Assembly (NCBI GenBank): GCA_934095865.1
Contig: CAKOKU010000004.1
Span: 18,672-82,671 of the forward strand
Length of the DNA: 64,000 bases
Direction: 5' to 3'
DNA from: an uncultured Bacilli bacterium
GTDB taxonomy: Bacteria; Bacillota_I; Bacilli_A; RF39; UBA660
Part shown: positions 38,134-47,840 of the stretch, in pieces
Layout of the letters: each line of letters starts with the position of its first letter
Position numbering within the stretch: position 1 is the stretch's first letter
Program-made: the position numbers and the translations under genes
Notes under the pieces: model-generated
The model's database searches: none
What the model saw: the letters and a program-made list of their open reading frames with translations, nothing else
What the model was told of the DNA's origin: nothing

Positions 38134-39108
38134 TTACTTTTCGCCCTCTTCTAACATATTTATAATACTAATACCGTAACCATATTTAACATTATCAATC
38201 GTAACATGGGTAACAGCGCCAATAAGTTTGTTGTTTTGAATAATTGGTGAGCCACTCATACCTTGAACAACACCGCCAGCTTGTTTAATCAAATCTTCAT
38301 CAGTAATTTCAAAATATATATTTTTAATTTTATTATTTTTTTCTACTCTTAATATATTTATTTCATATTCTTTTTTTTCGTTATTGGCAAGTGATGTTAC
38401 AATCAAAGCAGGTCCCGGATTTATTTTGCTTGCTTCAGCTATTTCAATTAAATTATCATTATCTATATCACTTGTAAACTTTCCAAATATTCCAGCTTCA
38501 CTATTTTTATTAATATCTCCATAAATAGTATCTTTAAAGAATTTAGTATTAATACTTCCAGGATTACCATTACTACTTTTAGTTATACTAGTTATTATAC
38601 TTTTAAAAATTTTACCATCTTTAATAGCAAAGGCTTCATTACTACTACTATCAATAATATAATGGCCCAGTGCTCCATAAATCTTAGTTTCTGGATCAAT
38701 ATAAGTTAAAGTACCATTTCCTAACATACTATCTTTAACATAAACGCCAGTCTTATAACTGCCATTATTATTTTCTAAGTTTAATGTAGTAGTATATTCT
38801 TTATTATCACGAATAAAGGTAATATCAACTTTATTATCTTTAGCTAATTTATCTACTTTTTGGACTAATTCTTTAATAGAGTTTACTTCTTCCCCACCTA
38901 CTTTAATTATATAGTCACCCGATAATAAATGGCTTGGATTATAAACATTATTAACTTTGTAGAAGCCAACTACTAAAACACCTTTACTATTAATGGTTAT
39001 TCCTATATTTTGACCTCCTAAAATTACTTTATTTGAATAAGCCAATACAGATAATGGAAAACTAAGAAGTACTAAGGATACTGATAATTTTTTTATTATT
39101 TTATTCAT
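38134..39108 (-). CDS. spoIVB: SpoIVB signalling serine peptidase (S55) with a PDZ domain
   Basis: Signal anchor, PDZ (GDYIIKVGGEEV), catalytic regions YGALGH and GMSGSPII. ATG at 39108 avoids overlap with xseB (the track ORF extends to 39204). Confidence 0.85.
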   Translation of the reverse strand: MNKIIKKLSVSLVLLSFPLSVLAYSNKVILGGQNIGITINSKGVLVVGFYKVNNVYNPSHLLSGDYIIKVGGEEVNSIKELVQKVDKLAKDNKVDITFIRDNKEYTTTLNLENNNGSYKTGVYVKDSMLGNGTLTYIDPETKIYGALGHYIIDSSSNEAFAIKDGKIFKSIITSITKSSNGNPGSINTKFFKDTIYGDINKNSEAGIFGKFTSDIDNDNLIEIAEASKINPGPALIVTSLANNEKKEYEINILRVEKNNKIKNIYFEITDEDLIKQAGGVVQGMSGSPIIQNNKLIGAVTHVTIDNVKYGYGISIINMLEEGEK

Positions 39109-39181
39109 ACTATCACCATTTATAGTATGGTTCCAATTATTTTTAATATAGTGGAAATATCTGGCAAAAGAAAAAAAGACT

Positions 39182-39418
39182 TTAATTTGTCTTATCAGTA
39201 GCAAGAGTAAAGTCTTCTAAAGTATTGTTTTCTGTTAAAATTTTATTAATGCTTTCTTTGGCATTGTTTAGTTTATCACCACAAGTTTTAGCTAGCTGCA
39301 TTGCTTCACTATATTTTTTTATTGCCTCATCTAAATCAACATTGCCACTTTCTAATTCTTTAATAATAGCCTCTAATTCTTGTAATTCTTGTTCAAATGT
39401 TTTATTTGCTTTCGCCAT
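39182..39418 (-). CDS. xseB: Exodeoxyribonuclease VII small subunit
   Basis: 78 aa, FEQELQELEAIIKELESGNVDLDEAIKKYSEAMQL. Overlaps the xseA stop. Confidence 0.9.
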   Translation of the reverse strand: MAKANKTFEQELQELEAIIKELESGNVDLDEAIKKYSEAMQLAKTCGDKLNNAKESINKILTENNTLEDFTLATDKTN

Positions 39419-40685
39419 TTTTCTTCTCCTTACTTATTACTTTGGCATTTACTGTCCCATTTTTTAAATCAACATATAATATGTCGTCTATATTGACTTT
39501 ATCAATATTTGTAATTACCCCATTTTTAGTTCGTGTAATACTGTAACCACTTTCTAATAACCGCATTGGATTTAATACTGTAACGGTCTTTAAAAGAATA
39601 TTATATTGATATTGTTTACGTTCTAATAATCTTTCTGGCTCTCTAATGAGCTTATTATCCATTATTTTTTGAAATCTTAAATTATTTTGATTTAAATTAT
39701 TTTTGATTAAAAGATTAACTCTATCAATAAGGCTATCTAATTTTTGCTCTTTTATTTCATAAATATTTAATGGATTTTTTAGTATTTGTTTATTTTTTAG
39801 CCAATCTAATCGCGTTGCATAATTATTATATTGAGTTTTAATAGCTTTGGTAGCTCGTAATTTATATTGGTTTAACATACTATTTAAATCAGTTATATTA
39901 GGAACTGCCATTTCTGCTGCTCCAGTTGGCGTAGGTGCTCGTAAATCAGCAACAAAATCAGCAATGGTAAAGTCAATCTCATGACCAACAGCACTGATAA
40001 CTGGTATTTTACTATTATAAATTGCTCGAGCAACGATTTCTTCATTAAATGCCCACAAATCTTCAATTGAGCCGCCGCCACGACCACAGATAATAACATC
40101 AATATCATAATTTTGAGCCGTTTCTAATTGCTTAACAACTGACTCTTTGGCGCCTTCTCCTTGTACTAAAGCTGGAAATAATATGGTTTCACAAATAGGA
40201 AATCTTCGTTTAATCGTACTCAAAATATCTCTGATAGCTGCGCCGGTTGGGGCCGTTATAATACCTATTCGACGTGGATATTTAGGAATAGGTCTTTTAT
40301 GCTCAGGAGAGAATAAACCTTCAGTAGCCAATTTCTTTTTTAATTTTTCATATTCTAAATATAAATTACCAACGCCATCTACTTCCATCGTATTAACATA
40401 AATTTGATAGCCCCCAGTTGCCTCATAAACACTTATACGGCCACTAACTAAAACTTTCATTCCATCTTCAGGCTCAAAAGTTATTTTGGAAGCATTAAAA
40501 TTGAACATAACGGCAGCTATTCTCGAAGCTTCGTCTTTTAAGGTAAAATAGAAATGTCCTCTACTATGATGTTTAAAATTAGAAATCTCACCTTTTAAGA
40601 AAACTTCATTTAAATTAGAATCAATATCAAATTTAGCTTTTATATAACGATTTAAACTAGATACAGTTATATATTTATCATCCAT
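39402..40685 (-). CDS. xseA: Exodeoxyribonuclease VII large subunit
   Basis: OB-fold N-terminus (VFLKGEISNFKHHSRGHFYFTLKD) and catalytic core (GRGGGSIEDLWAFNEE). Confidence 0.95.
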   Translation of the reverse strand: MDDKYITVSSLNRYIKAKFDIDSNLNEVFLKGEISNFKHHSRGHFYFTLKDEASRIAAVMFNFNASKITFEPEDGMKVLVSGRISVYEATGGYQIYVNTMEVDGVGNLYLEYEKLKKKLATEGLFSPEHKRPIPKYPRRIGIITAPTGAAIRDILSTIKRRFPICETILFPALVQGEGAKESVVKQLETAQNYDIDVIICGRGGGSIEDLWAFNEEIVARAIYNSKIPVISAVGHEIDFTIADFVADLRAPTPTGAAEMAVPNITDLNSMLNQYKLRATKAIKTQYNNYATRLDWLKNKQILKNPLNIYEIKEQKLDSLIDRVNLLIKNNLNQNNLRFQKIMDNKLIREPERLLERKQYQYNILLKTVTVLNPMRLLESGYSITRTKNGVITNIDKVNIDDILYVDLKNGTVNAKVISKEKKNGESK

Positions 40686-40689
40686 ATAC

Positions 40690-41082
40690 TCACTCTTTTA
40701 TCATTTTATCTAAAATTGCATTTATCATTTTTCTTACTGATTCATCAGAATATTTCTTAGCTAGCTCAACTGCTTCATCAATAACAACAATATGAGGTGT
40801 ATCTGTGTATTTTAATTCATAAATTGCCATTTTTAAAATAGCAGCACCCGTTTTATCTATTCTACTAATATCCCAATCTTTCATATAGTTATTAGCTGTT
40901 TCAATTATGTCTGATTCATAGGTAATAACTCCATAAACTATATCTCTAACAAACTCATTATCAATATCTAAATTATCATTAATGATTTCTTCAACATTAA
41001 ATTCTATATTTTGGCTTCTATTTATATCAATTTGATATAAAATTATCATTATTTTTTCTCTTAATTCACTTCTTTTTTTCAT
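40690..41082 (-). CDS. nusB: Transcription antitermination factor NusB
   Basis: 130 aa with a NusB fold pattern (ELREKIMIILYQID..., AILKMAIYEL). Confidence 0.88.
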   Translation of the reverse strand: MKKRSELREKIMIILYQIDINRSQNIEFNVEEIINDNLDIDNEFVRDIVYGVITYESDIIETANNYMKDWDISRIDKTGAAILKMAIYELKYTDTPHIVVIDEAVELAKKYSDESVRKMINAILDKMIKE

Positions 41083-41087
41083 CGTAC

Positions 41088-43676
41088 TTACCTTTCTTCT
41101 TCAATTTTATCACTAATTTCTTGTTTTAGTTTATAAAGTTCATTTAATGCATCTATTGGTCTTAAATTATCCAAGTTTAATTTTTCTAATTCTTCAATTA
41201 TCTTATTTTTTTCTGGATTCATTTCTACATTTTTGGGATTTGGTTCTTCTTCAGCAACAGCAAAGTCAAATAGACTTACTTGCTTAGTACTATTTTTATA
41301 TTCTTTATCTTCATAATTTTTTAAAATATTACTAGCTCTTTGTAACAATTCTTCTGGCATTCTAGCTAATCTAGCTACATGAATACCGTATGATTTATCA
41401 ATTGGCCCGTTAATAACTTTGTGTAAGAAAGTTACTGTGCCATTTTCTTCGTGGGCTTCGACATGAACGTTCTTAATTGTTTTAATTTCACTGGCCAAGC
41501 TTGTTAATTCATGATAGTGAGTAGAAAATAAAGTCTTACACTTAATGTGCTTACTAATATATTCCAAAATTGCTTGAGCTAAACTCATCCCATCATAGGT
41601 AGCAGTTCCACGACCTAATTCATCAAATAAAATTAAGGAATTTGGGGTGGCATTACAAATGGCATTACAAGCTTCTTTCATTTCTACCATAAATGTTGAT
41701 TCTCCACTAACTAAATCATCCGATGCTCCTATACGGGTGAATATCTTATCAACAATCGGCAACACAGCCTTCTTAGCCGGTACAAAAGAACCCGTTTGTG
41801 CCATTATTACAATTATAGCTAATTGACGCATAAATGTTGATTTACCACTCATATTAGGTCCTGTAATTAAAAGCGTATTAACTCCATCAAGCATCATGCA
41901 ATCATTTGGTACATACATTCCCTTACTAACAGCTTCAACAACTGGATGTCTTCCCTCTTTTATTTTAATTTCATTAGCATCAGTTAATACGGGACGAACT
42001 AAATTATATTCTTCTGCGCAAACGGCTAGTGAAATTAAAGCATCTATTTCACTTAACATTTCGGCATCTTTCTTTAAACTAAATAGATGTTTTTTAATTG
42101 TTTCTTTAATTTCATTAAATAAATTATATTCTAATTCAATAATTTTTTCTTCAGCATTCAAAATTAAAGCTTCTTTTTCCTTCAAAGCTGGCGAAATAAA
42201 TCTTTCACAATTAGTCAAGGTCTGTCTTCTTTCCCAACCAAACTCTTCCATAACCATTTTACTTTGGCCTTTTGATACTTCAATATAATAACCAAATATC
42301 TTATTATAGCCAACTTTCAAATTTTTAATTCCTGTTTGTTCTTTAAGGCTTTCTTCAAAGGAAGCAATAAATTCCTTACCGCCACTTCTAATACTCCTTA
42401 ATTCATCTAATTCAGCATTATAACCGCTCTTTATTAAAGAGCCTTCTCTAATAGTTACTGGTGGATTGTCAAATATAGATTTCTCTAATAACTCATAAAC
42501 TTCAGTATTAGGATCTAATTCATAATCAAAACCCAATTTTTTAACATCAATAATAATATTTGGTAAAATTTCTAAGCTTTTTTTAATTTGTAATAAATCT
42601 CTAGCATTTAAATTGCCTGATGTAAGTTTCCCACATAATCTTTGTAAGTCATAAACTTGATATAAATATTCTCGAAGTTCGTCTTTAATGATAAATTCTG
42701 TATTAATTTTTTCAATTGCATCATATCTCTTATTTAATTGGTCTTTATCTTTAAGTGGATGTAATAACCACGATTTTAATTTGCGTGATCCCATTGCCGT
42801 CTTACATTTATCAAGTAACCACAATAAGCTATATGTTCTTTCTTTTAATCTTAAGGTTTCAAAAATTTCTAAGTTGCGAACTGTATGAATATCCATATTT
42901 AAATATTTATCTTTGTCTATTATTGTTATTTCTCTAATATTTGATATATCTTTCATATTAGTTACAACCAGATAATAGAATAAGTGTTTAATTCCCATTG
43001 CAAAGACATCATCTAAATCTTTAATTAAGTTTTTAACCGTATCATCGTCTAAATAATTATTACTGATAGTTATTTCAATGCCATAATTGTTTTTTAACAC
43101 TTGAATTAAAGAAATGTTACTATTATCTGGAAGAACGACTTCTTTGATTCCTAAATTAATAACTTCGTTTAAAATTGCCTCATTAGTATGTTTTATTAAA
43201 CTAACCATACATTCTCCAGTTGAAATATCAGCATATGTTAAAGTATAGTTATTTCCATAGTCTAAAATACTAGCAATATAATTATTATCTTTAGGACGCA
43301 TCATTTCATAATCAGTAATAGTTCCTTTACTAATTACTTGAACAACGCCTCTTTTTACCATTCCTTTAGTTGATTTAGGATCTTCTAATTGCTCACAAAT
43401 GGCTACTTTATACCCTTTTTCAACTAATTTTTCTAAATAAGGTCTTACCGAATGGAATGGTACCCCACACATAGGAATTCTCTCACTTATACCAGCATTT
43501 TTACCTGTTAAAGTTAATTCTAATTCACGAGCTGCTGTCTCCCCGTCTTCAAAAAACAACTCATAAAAATCCCCAATACGATAAAAAAGCAACTCATCTA
43601 GATGTTTATTTTTAATATCTAAATATTGTTGCATCATGGGACTTAAATCTTCATACTTTACTTCATTTCTTTTCAT
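41088..43676 (-). CDS. mutS: DNA mismatch repair protein MutS
   Basis: TPMMQQYLDIK, FYELFFEDG, Walker A GPNMSGKST, STF..E and the remaining MutS domains I-V. Confidence 0.97.
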   Translation of the reverse strand: MKRNEVKYEDLSPMMQQYLDIKNKHLDELLFYRIGDFYELFFEDGETAARELELTLTGKNAGISERIPMCGVPFHSVRPYLEKLVEKGYKVAICEQLEDPKSTKGMVKRGVVQVISKGTITDYEMMRPKDNNYIASILDYGNNYTLTYADISTGECMVSLIKHTNEAILNEVINLGIKEVVLPDNSNISLIQVLKNNYGIEITISNNYLDDDTVKNLIKDLDDVFAMGIKHLFYYLVVTNMKDISNIREITIIDKDKYLNMDIHTVRNLEIFETLRLKERTYSLLWLLDKCKTAMGSRKLKSWLLHPLKDKDQLNKRYDAIEKINTEFIIKDELREYLYQVYDLQRLCGKLTSGNLNARDLLQIKKSLEILPNIIIDVKKLGFDYELDPNTEVYELLEKSIFDNPPVTIREGSLIKSGYNAELDELRSIRSGGKEFIASFEESLKEQTGIKNLKVGYNKIFGYYIEVSKGQSKMVMEEFGWERRQTLTNCERFISPALKEKEALILNAEEKIIELEYNLFNEIKETIKKHLFSLKKDAEMLSEIDALISLAVCAEEYNLVRPVLTDANEIKIKEGRHPVVEAVSKGMYVPNDCMMLDGVNTLLITGPNMSGKSTFMRQLAIIVIMAQTGSFVPAKKAVLPIVDKIFTRIGASDDLVSGESTFMVEMKEACNAICNATPNSLILFDELGRGTATYDGMSLAQAILEYISKHIKCKTLFSTHYHELTSLASEIKTIKNVHVEAHEENGTVTFLHKVINGPIDKSYGIHVARLARMPEELLQRASNILKNYEDKEYKNSTKQVSLFDFAVAEEEPNPKNVEMNPEKNKIIEELEKLNLDNLRPIDALNELYKLKQEISDKIEEER

Positions 43677-43694
43677 TTGTACATCACACGGACT

Positions 43695-43723
43695 ATTGTA
43701 CCAAATTTGCTATTTAAAGTCTA
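43695..43723 (-). promoter_or_regulatory. Candidate SigA promoter for mutS
   Basis: The minus strand reads TAGACT, 17-nt spacer, TACAAT, with TGg extended -10. Confidence 0.45.
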
Positions 43724-43796
43724 CTTAAGATAACTAATTATTCTTTATATTTTTACGAAAAAAGACAGCAATTAAGCCATCTTATTATACTGGTAA

Positions 43797-44141
43797 TTAT
43801 TTCTTTTTCTTAGCATCTTCATAATCGCTAGTAATTACTTTTTTTCTGGTAGGATCTTTTATAGCTCTCTCATTATCATCAGCAATTGCTTTTTCTTCGG
43901 TAGGCTTTTTTACAGCTGGCTCATCATCAGTATCATACGCCGTAAAACATTCTTCTTCAAAAATCGCATTCAAAATAAAAACTTCGTCATCATTTAAAAC
44001 TCTATTATGTCCCATCATGTAATTAAGCATATCACCTAATGATACTGCATTATCATCATTAGTTATCAAGCCTTGAATTTCTCTTCCAGACATTGGGCTG
44101 TATTTAGTAATAAATGTGCCAATTTCTATATCTATTCCCAT
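43797..44141 (-). CDS. Hypothetical acidic protein, 114 aa, with a Lys-rich repeat-containing tail
   Basis: ORF on the dominant strand. No Shine-Dalgarno sequence upstream of ATG 44141. The tail has the repeat KKPTEEKAI / KDPTRKKVI. Confidence 0.45.
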   Translation of the reverse strand: MGIDIEIGTFITKYSPMSGREIQGLITNDDNAVSLGDMLNYMMGHNRVLNDDEVFILNAIFEEECFTAYDTDDEPAVKKPTEEKAIADDNERAIKDPTRKKVITSDYEDAKKKK

Positions 44142-44240
44142 ATTTATTAAATCTTTTAAGTCTTTATCAAGCTAGCGCAAATGAATATATTGTGAAAAAC
44201 TAATAAAAGCTGGAACAATTACATAAGCAGCCTTCAAAAC

Positions 44241-44567
44241 TTAATTATCCCTTTTTTCATTAACGAAGTGAATCTTAACATAATTTTCATGAGTATTTTC
44301 TAATACTTCACTCGCAGCTGCTTGCAGTTTTAGAATATCATCTGGTACCGGATGCCTAAAGATATTACAAATAATCCTATTCATTGTATCATAATGATAA
44401 CCTAATGCTTCAACCAATCGGCCAGATTCATCGACGCCTGGTATATTATAAGTTCTAATAAATTGTTTTGGTGTTATAAGGCCTGATGCATTAAGCGAAT
44501 AATTACCATTCGCACTAAGTGTTACACTAGGTTCCCCATAAAATTCTTTTAAATCTAATTTACGCAT
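44241..44567 (-). CDS. Hypothetical protein, 108 aa
   Basis: Good RBS (GGAAGTGGG) upstream of ATG 44567. No family recognised. Confidence 0.55.
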   Translation of the reverse strand: MRKLDLKEFYGEPSVTLSANGNYSLNASGLITPKQFIRTYNIPGVDESGRLVEALGYHYDTMNRIICNIFRHPVPDDILKLQAAASEVLENTHENYVKIHFVNEKRDN

Positions 44568-44683
44568 ATATTCCCACTTCCTGTAAAAATACCAAAACTC
44601 ACTTATAGCTCTATATTATTACACATTACTTATTTGAATACAATAAAAAGAGTATTGATTTAAAATTTTTTCTAGAAATTTAT

Positions 44684-45346
44684 CTAATATTTATTTACAT
44701 CCTTATTTAAAATAACATAAACTTTATGTTTCTTATAAAAAGCATAAAAAACATCATCAATTCGTAAACTTTGAGAACGCAACTCATCTAATAACCAATT
44801 GTAATCTTTCTTAATATTTAATAATGTTTCTTTTTGAATAACACCATCAATGATAAGTGCCATTGGATAACTACTTTTTAATTTTAAGATATTATAAGGA
44901 AATATTGATAGCTTTCCATTTGTCTCCAAAAAAGCATATTCAATCTCTTCAATACTCTTAATACTATTCTGTCTTAATTGAAACAATAAATCATCAATAG
45001 AGTATCTTGCTTTGACCATTTCTTTATAATTAATTTTTCCTTCATTTATAATTAATGAAGGTCTACCATCTAAAAAATATCTAACTTTCTTCGACTTAAT
45101 AGATAAAAACGCTAATAAAATTTCTAATATAACTAATACACTTATAGGAATAATTGTATTTAAAATCGTGTCATTAAAATTCTCAATAGAAATAGCTACT
45201 AATTCAGCAATTAAAATAGAAACTATTAAGTCAGTAGTACCCAATTGACCGATTTCTCTTTTTCCCATTAAACGGTAAGAAATAAGAATAAAAAAGTAAA
45301 AAAATACCGTTTTACCAGTAATAACCAACAAGTCCATAATAATCAC
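44684..45346 (-). CDS. DUF421/UPF0702 membrane protein (YetF/YrbG family)
   Basis: Three N-terminal TM segments, the motif MGKREIGQLGTTDLIVSILIAE, and a soluble C-terminal domain. Confidence 0.75.
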   Translation of the reverse strand: MIIMDLLVITGKTVFFYFFILISYRLMGKREIGQLGTTDLIVSILIAELVAISIENFNDTILNTIIPISVLVILEILLAFLSIKSKKVRYFLDGRPSLIINEGKINYKEMVKARYSIDDLLFQLRQNSIKSIEEIEYAFLETNGKLSIFPYNILKLKSSYPMALIIDGVIQKETLLNIKKDYNWLLDELRSQSLRIDDVFYAFYKKHKVYVILNKDVNKY

Positions 45347-45397
45347 CTACCTATATTATGAGTAATTAACTTCCATTTTAAACATATATTTAGTTAG

Positions 45398-45769
45398 GTG
45401 ATAATTTTGAATAATTGGTTTTCTTCTTTTAAAAGGATATTAATCTTTTTTGGCTATCTTATTTTAATTACCTTAATAAGTTCAATTTTTTACTTATACA
45501 CTAACATTTCTTATAATGTCAATTGTACTTTCTTATTGATTAGTGTTATGTTAGGGGTATTTGCTATTAACTTCTATAATGGACGTAAGGCTAGTAAAAA
45601 AGGATACTTAGAAGGCTTAAAACTCGGTGGAATAATAATTACAGTCTTCTTTATAATTAGTTTATTTAGTGGTAATATTATTAGTTTATCTAAAGTCATT
45701 TATTATTTGTTATTATTATTAGTTTCTGTTGTTGCATCTTCCTTGGGTATAAATATGAAAAAAAACTAA
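45398..45769 (+). CDS. Small four-TM membrane protein, YrzE-like
   Basis: 123 aa. The central GRKASKKGYLEGLKLGG between TM pairs is typical of the TIGR04086/YrzE family as I recall it. Confidence 0.4.
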   Translation: MIILNNWFSSFKRILIFFGYLILITLISSIFYLYTNISYNVNCTFLLISVMLGVFAINFYNGRKASKKGYLEGLKLGGIIITVFFIISLFSGNIISLSKVIYYLLLLLVSVVASSLGINMKKN

Positions 45770-46083
45770 CGTAATACAATAAAACTGTTAGTTTCTAAAT
45801 CTACATATGAATCATAGTTTATAATTTCTTTGGTTTTTGGGTCAATTATTTTAGTTAAATATTCATTATCAAGTAAATATTTTAAAGTTACAGTTTTATT
45901 CGTACATTTATTATCTAAAACACAATCTTTAGCTTTTTCTGTAACTTTCTTATTAATTACTATCCATGATTTTTCTAAACGGTCTTCGCTAATGATTTTA
46001 TAGCTCTTATAGCCAATAAGAACATTTAAACCTAAAATAATCATAATTAGAGCAAAGGATAAAAAATTACTAATTTTGGCCAT
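45766..46083 (-). CDS. Hypothetical N-terminally anchored protein, 105 aa
   Basis: One TM segment, then a soluble domain with two Cys. It occupies the position of yajC downstream of tgt but lacks the YajC RPQxKR motif. Confidence 0.5.
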   Translation of the reverse strand: MAKISNFLSFALIMIILGLNVLIGYKSYKIISEDRLEKSWIVINKKVTEKAKDCVLDNKCTNKTVTLKYLLDNEYLTKIIDPKTKEIINYDSYVDLETNSFIVLR

Positions 46084-47191
46084 AATAATTTTTAATAAAT
46101 TCCTCTCTATATTGTAATAGGCGATCTTCTTTAATTGCTAATCTTAATTCTTCAGTTAAATTAATTAAATAATGAATATTATGAATTGAAAGAAGACGAG
46201 CCCCAAATGTTTCTTCGCAGTTAATCAAGTGTTTAATATAGGCTTTAGTGTAATTTTGGCAAGCGTAGCAAGTACATCCCTCTTCAACCGGCGTAAAATC
46301 GGTTTTATATTTACTATTTTTCAAATTGATTTTGCCATATCTTGTTAAGGCATGACCATGTCTAGCTAAACGTGTTGGAGAAACACAATCGAAAATATCC
46401 ACACCATTACAAACATTTTCTACTATATCTATTGGATCACCAACTCCCATTAAATATCTAACTTTATCTTCTGGTAAATATTTAGTTGCATATCTAACCA
46501 TTTTATATTGGCATGGCTTATCTTCGCCAACACTAGTACCACCAATTGAATAACCATCAAAATCCATTTTGACAAGTTCTTCTACACAATGGCGACGTAA
46601 ATCTTCATATTCGCCACCTTGTACAATACCAAACAAGCTTTGATTAGGATTATTAAAAACGTCCTTACCTCTTTTGGCCCATCTTAAAGTACGTTCAACT
46701 GAATTTTTACAATACTCATAAGTAGCTGGATAGCCAATACATTCATCAAAACTCATCGCAATATCACTATCTAATTTATTTTGAATTTCAATTGATTTTT
46801 CTGGGGTCAAAAGAAGCTTATCCCCATTATATTGATTTTTGAATTTGACGCCTTCTTCACTTATGTCTTTTCGCTTTGCTAAAGAAAAAACTTGAAAGCC
46901 ACCACTATCTGTCAAAATCGGGCCATACCAATTCATAAACTTATGTAAACCACCGGCCATTTTAACAATATCTTCGCCAGGTCTTAGCCATAAGTGATAA
47001 GTATTAGCTAATATAATGCCTGCATGATTAGCTTTTAACTCTTCTGGAGATAAAGTTTTGACGGTTGCTTGCGTACCAACTGGCATAAACATTGGTGTTT
47101 CAAAAGTTCCGTAATTGGTATGAATTAAACCCAATCTTGCCATCGTATCTTTATCTTTTTTTAATAATTCATATTTAATTTTCATACTCAT
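46070..47191 (-). CDS. tgt: Queuine tRNA-ribosyltransferase
   Basis: [18 protein letters not shown], and zinc site CTCYAC...H. Confidence 0.97.
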   Translation of the reverse strand: MSMKIKYELLKKDKDTMARLGLIHTNYGTFETPMFMPVGTQATVKTLSPEELKANHAGIILANTYHLWLRPGEDIVKMAGGLHKFMNWYGPILTDSGGFQVFSLAKRKDISEEGVKFKNQYNGDKLLLTPEKSIEIQNKLDSDIAMSFDECIGYPATYEYCKNSVERTLRWAKRGKDVFNNPNQSLFGIVQGGEYEDLRRHCVEELVKMDFDGYSIGGTSVGEDKPCQYKMVRYATKYLPEDKVRYLMGVGDPIDIVENVCNGVDIFDCVSPTRLARHGHALTRYGKINLKNSKYKTDFTPVEEGCTCYACQNYTKAYIKHLINCEETFGARLLSIHNIHYLINLTEELRLAIKEDRLLQYREEFIKNYYGQN

Positions 47192-47230
47192 TCCTCGCTT
47201 GTAAATTGTATCAAAAAAAAAGCCTAGTGT

Positions 47231-47779
47231 CTAGGCTTCATCATCAGTTTTCACAAGCTTACGATTTCTCGTTTGACTTTGTTCAATAAATAATTCATTA
47301 GTAGCATAAAGTCCTGCTAAATGCTCAATTAAACCATCATTTACATGTTTACCATGGCCATAAAATTCTTGAGCATAATCATATAATGCCGCCATCTCTT
47401 CTTTTGTTAAATCACGAACTTCACCATTACTAAATGTTTTTTGGGTTCTGTACCTTTCTAAAAAATATTCTTTATCAAACGACACTTTCAATGCTTGTGT
47501 ATCAGCCTGCTTTAGATGATTGAATTTTTGGCCCAAATCATTTTCTTGTTTTATGGGATTAGGAATTAAGCCGAATTTACGAGCTTGTGAAAAAAACAAG
47601 CTATAAGGATATGTTGTTATACGGTAATAATCCCATAAAGTAAATGGACGGTTGCCGTTTGATGTTGGCACTCCAAATATTACAAAAGGTGTAACTACAT
47701 CAGCCAAACTAAAAATAAAACTTTCTTGTAATTTCTTTTTCGGTAATGTTGTTACTCTTTTTACTTTAATTCTGTCCAT
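47231..47779 (-). CDS. Hypothetical protein, about 182 aa
   Basis: ATG at 47779 follows GGGGGAA (the track ORF extends to 47794). No family recognised. Confidence 0.55.
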   Translation of the reverse strand: MDRIKVKRVTTLPKKKLQESFIFSLADVVTPFVIFGVPTSNGNRPFTLWDYYRITTYPYSLFFSQARKFGLIPNPIKQENDLGQKFNHLKQADTQALKVSFDKEYFLERYRTQKTFSNGEVRDLTKEEMAALYDYAQEFYGHGKHVNDGLIEHLAGLYATNELFIEQSQTRNRKLVKTDDEA

Positions 47780-47840
47780 ATAAAATTCCCCCAAACATGG
47801 GCTCTATAATAGCATAATATTTCCATTTTGTGAATTTTTT

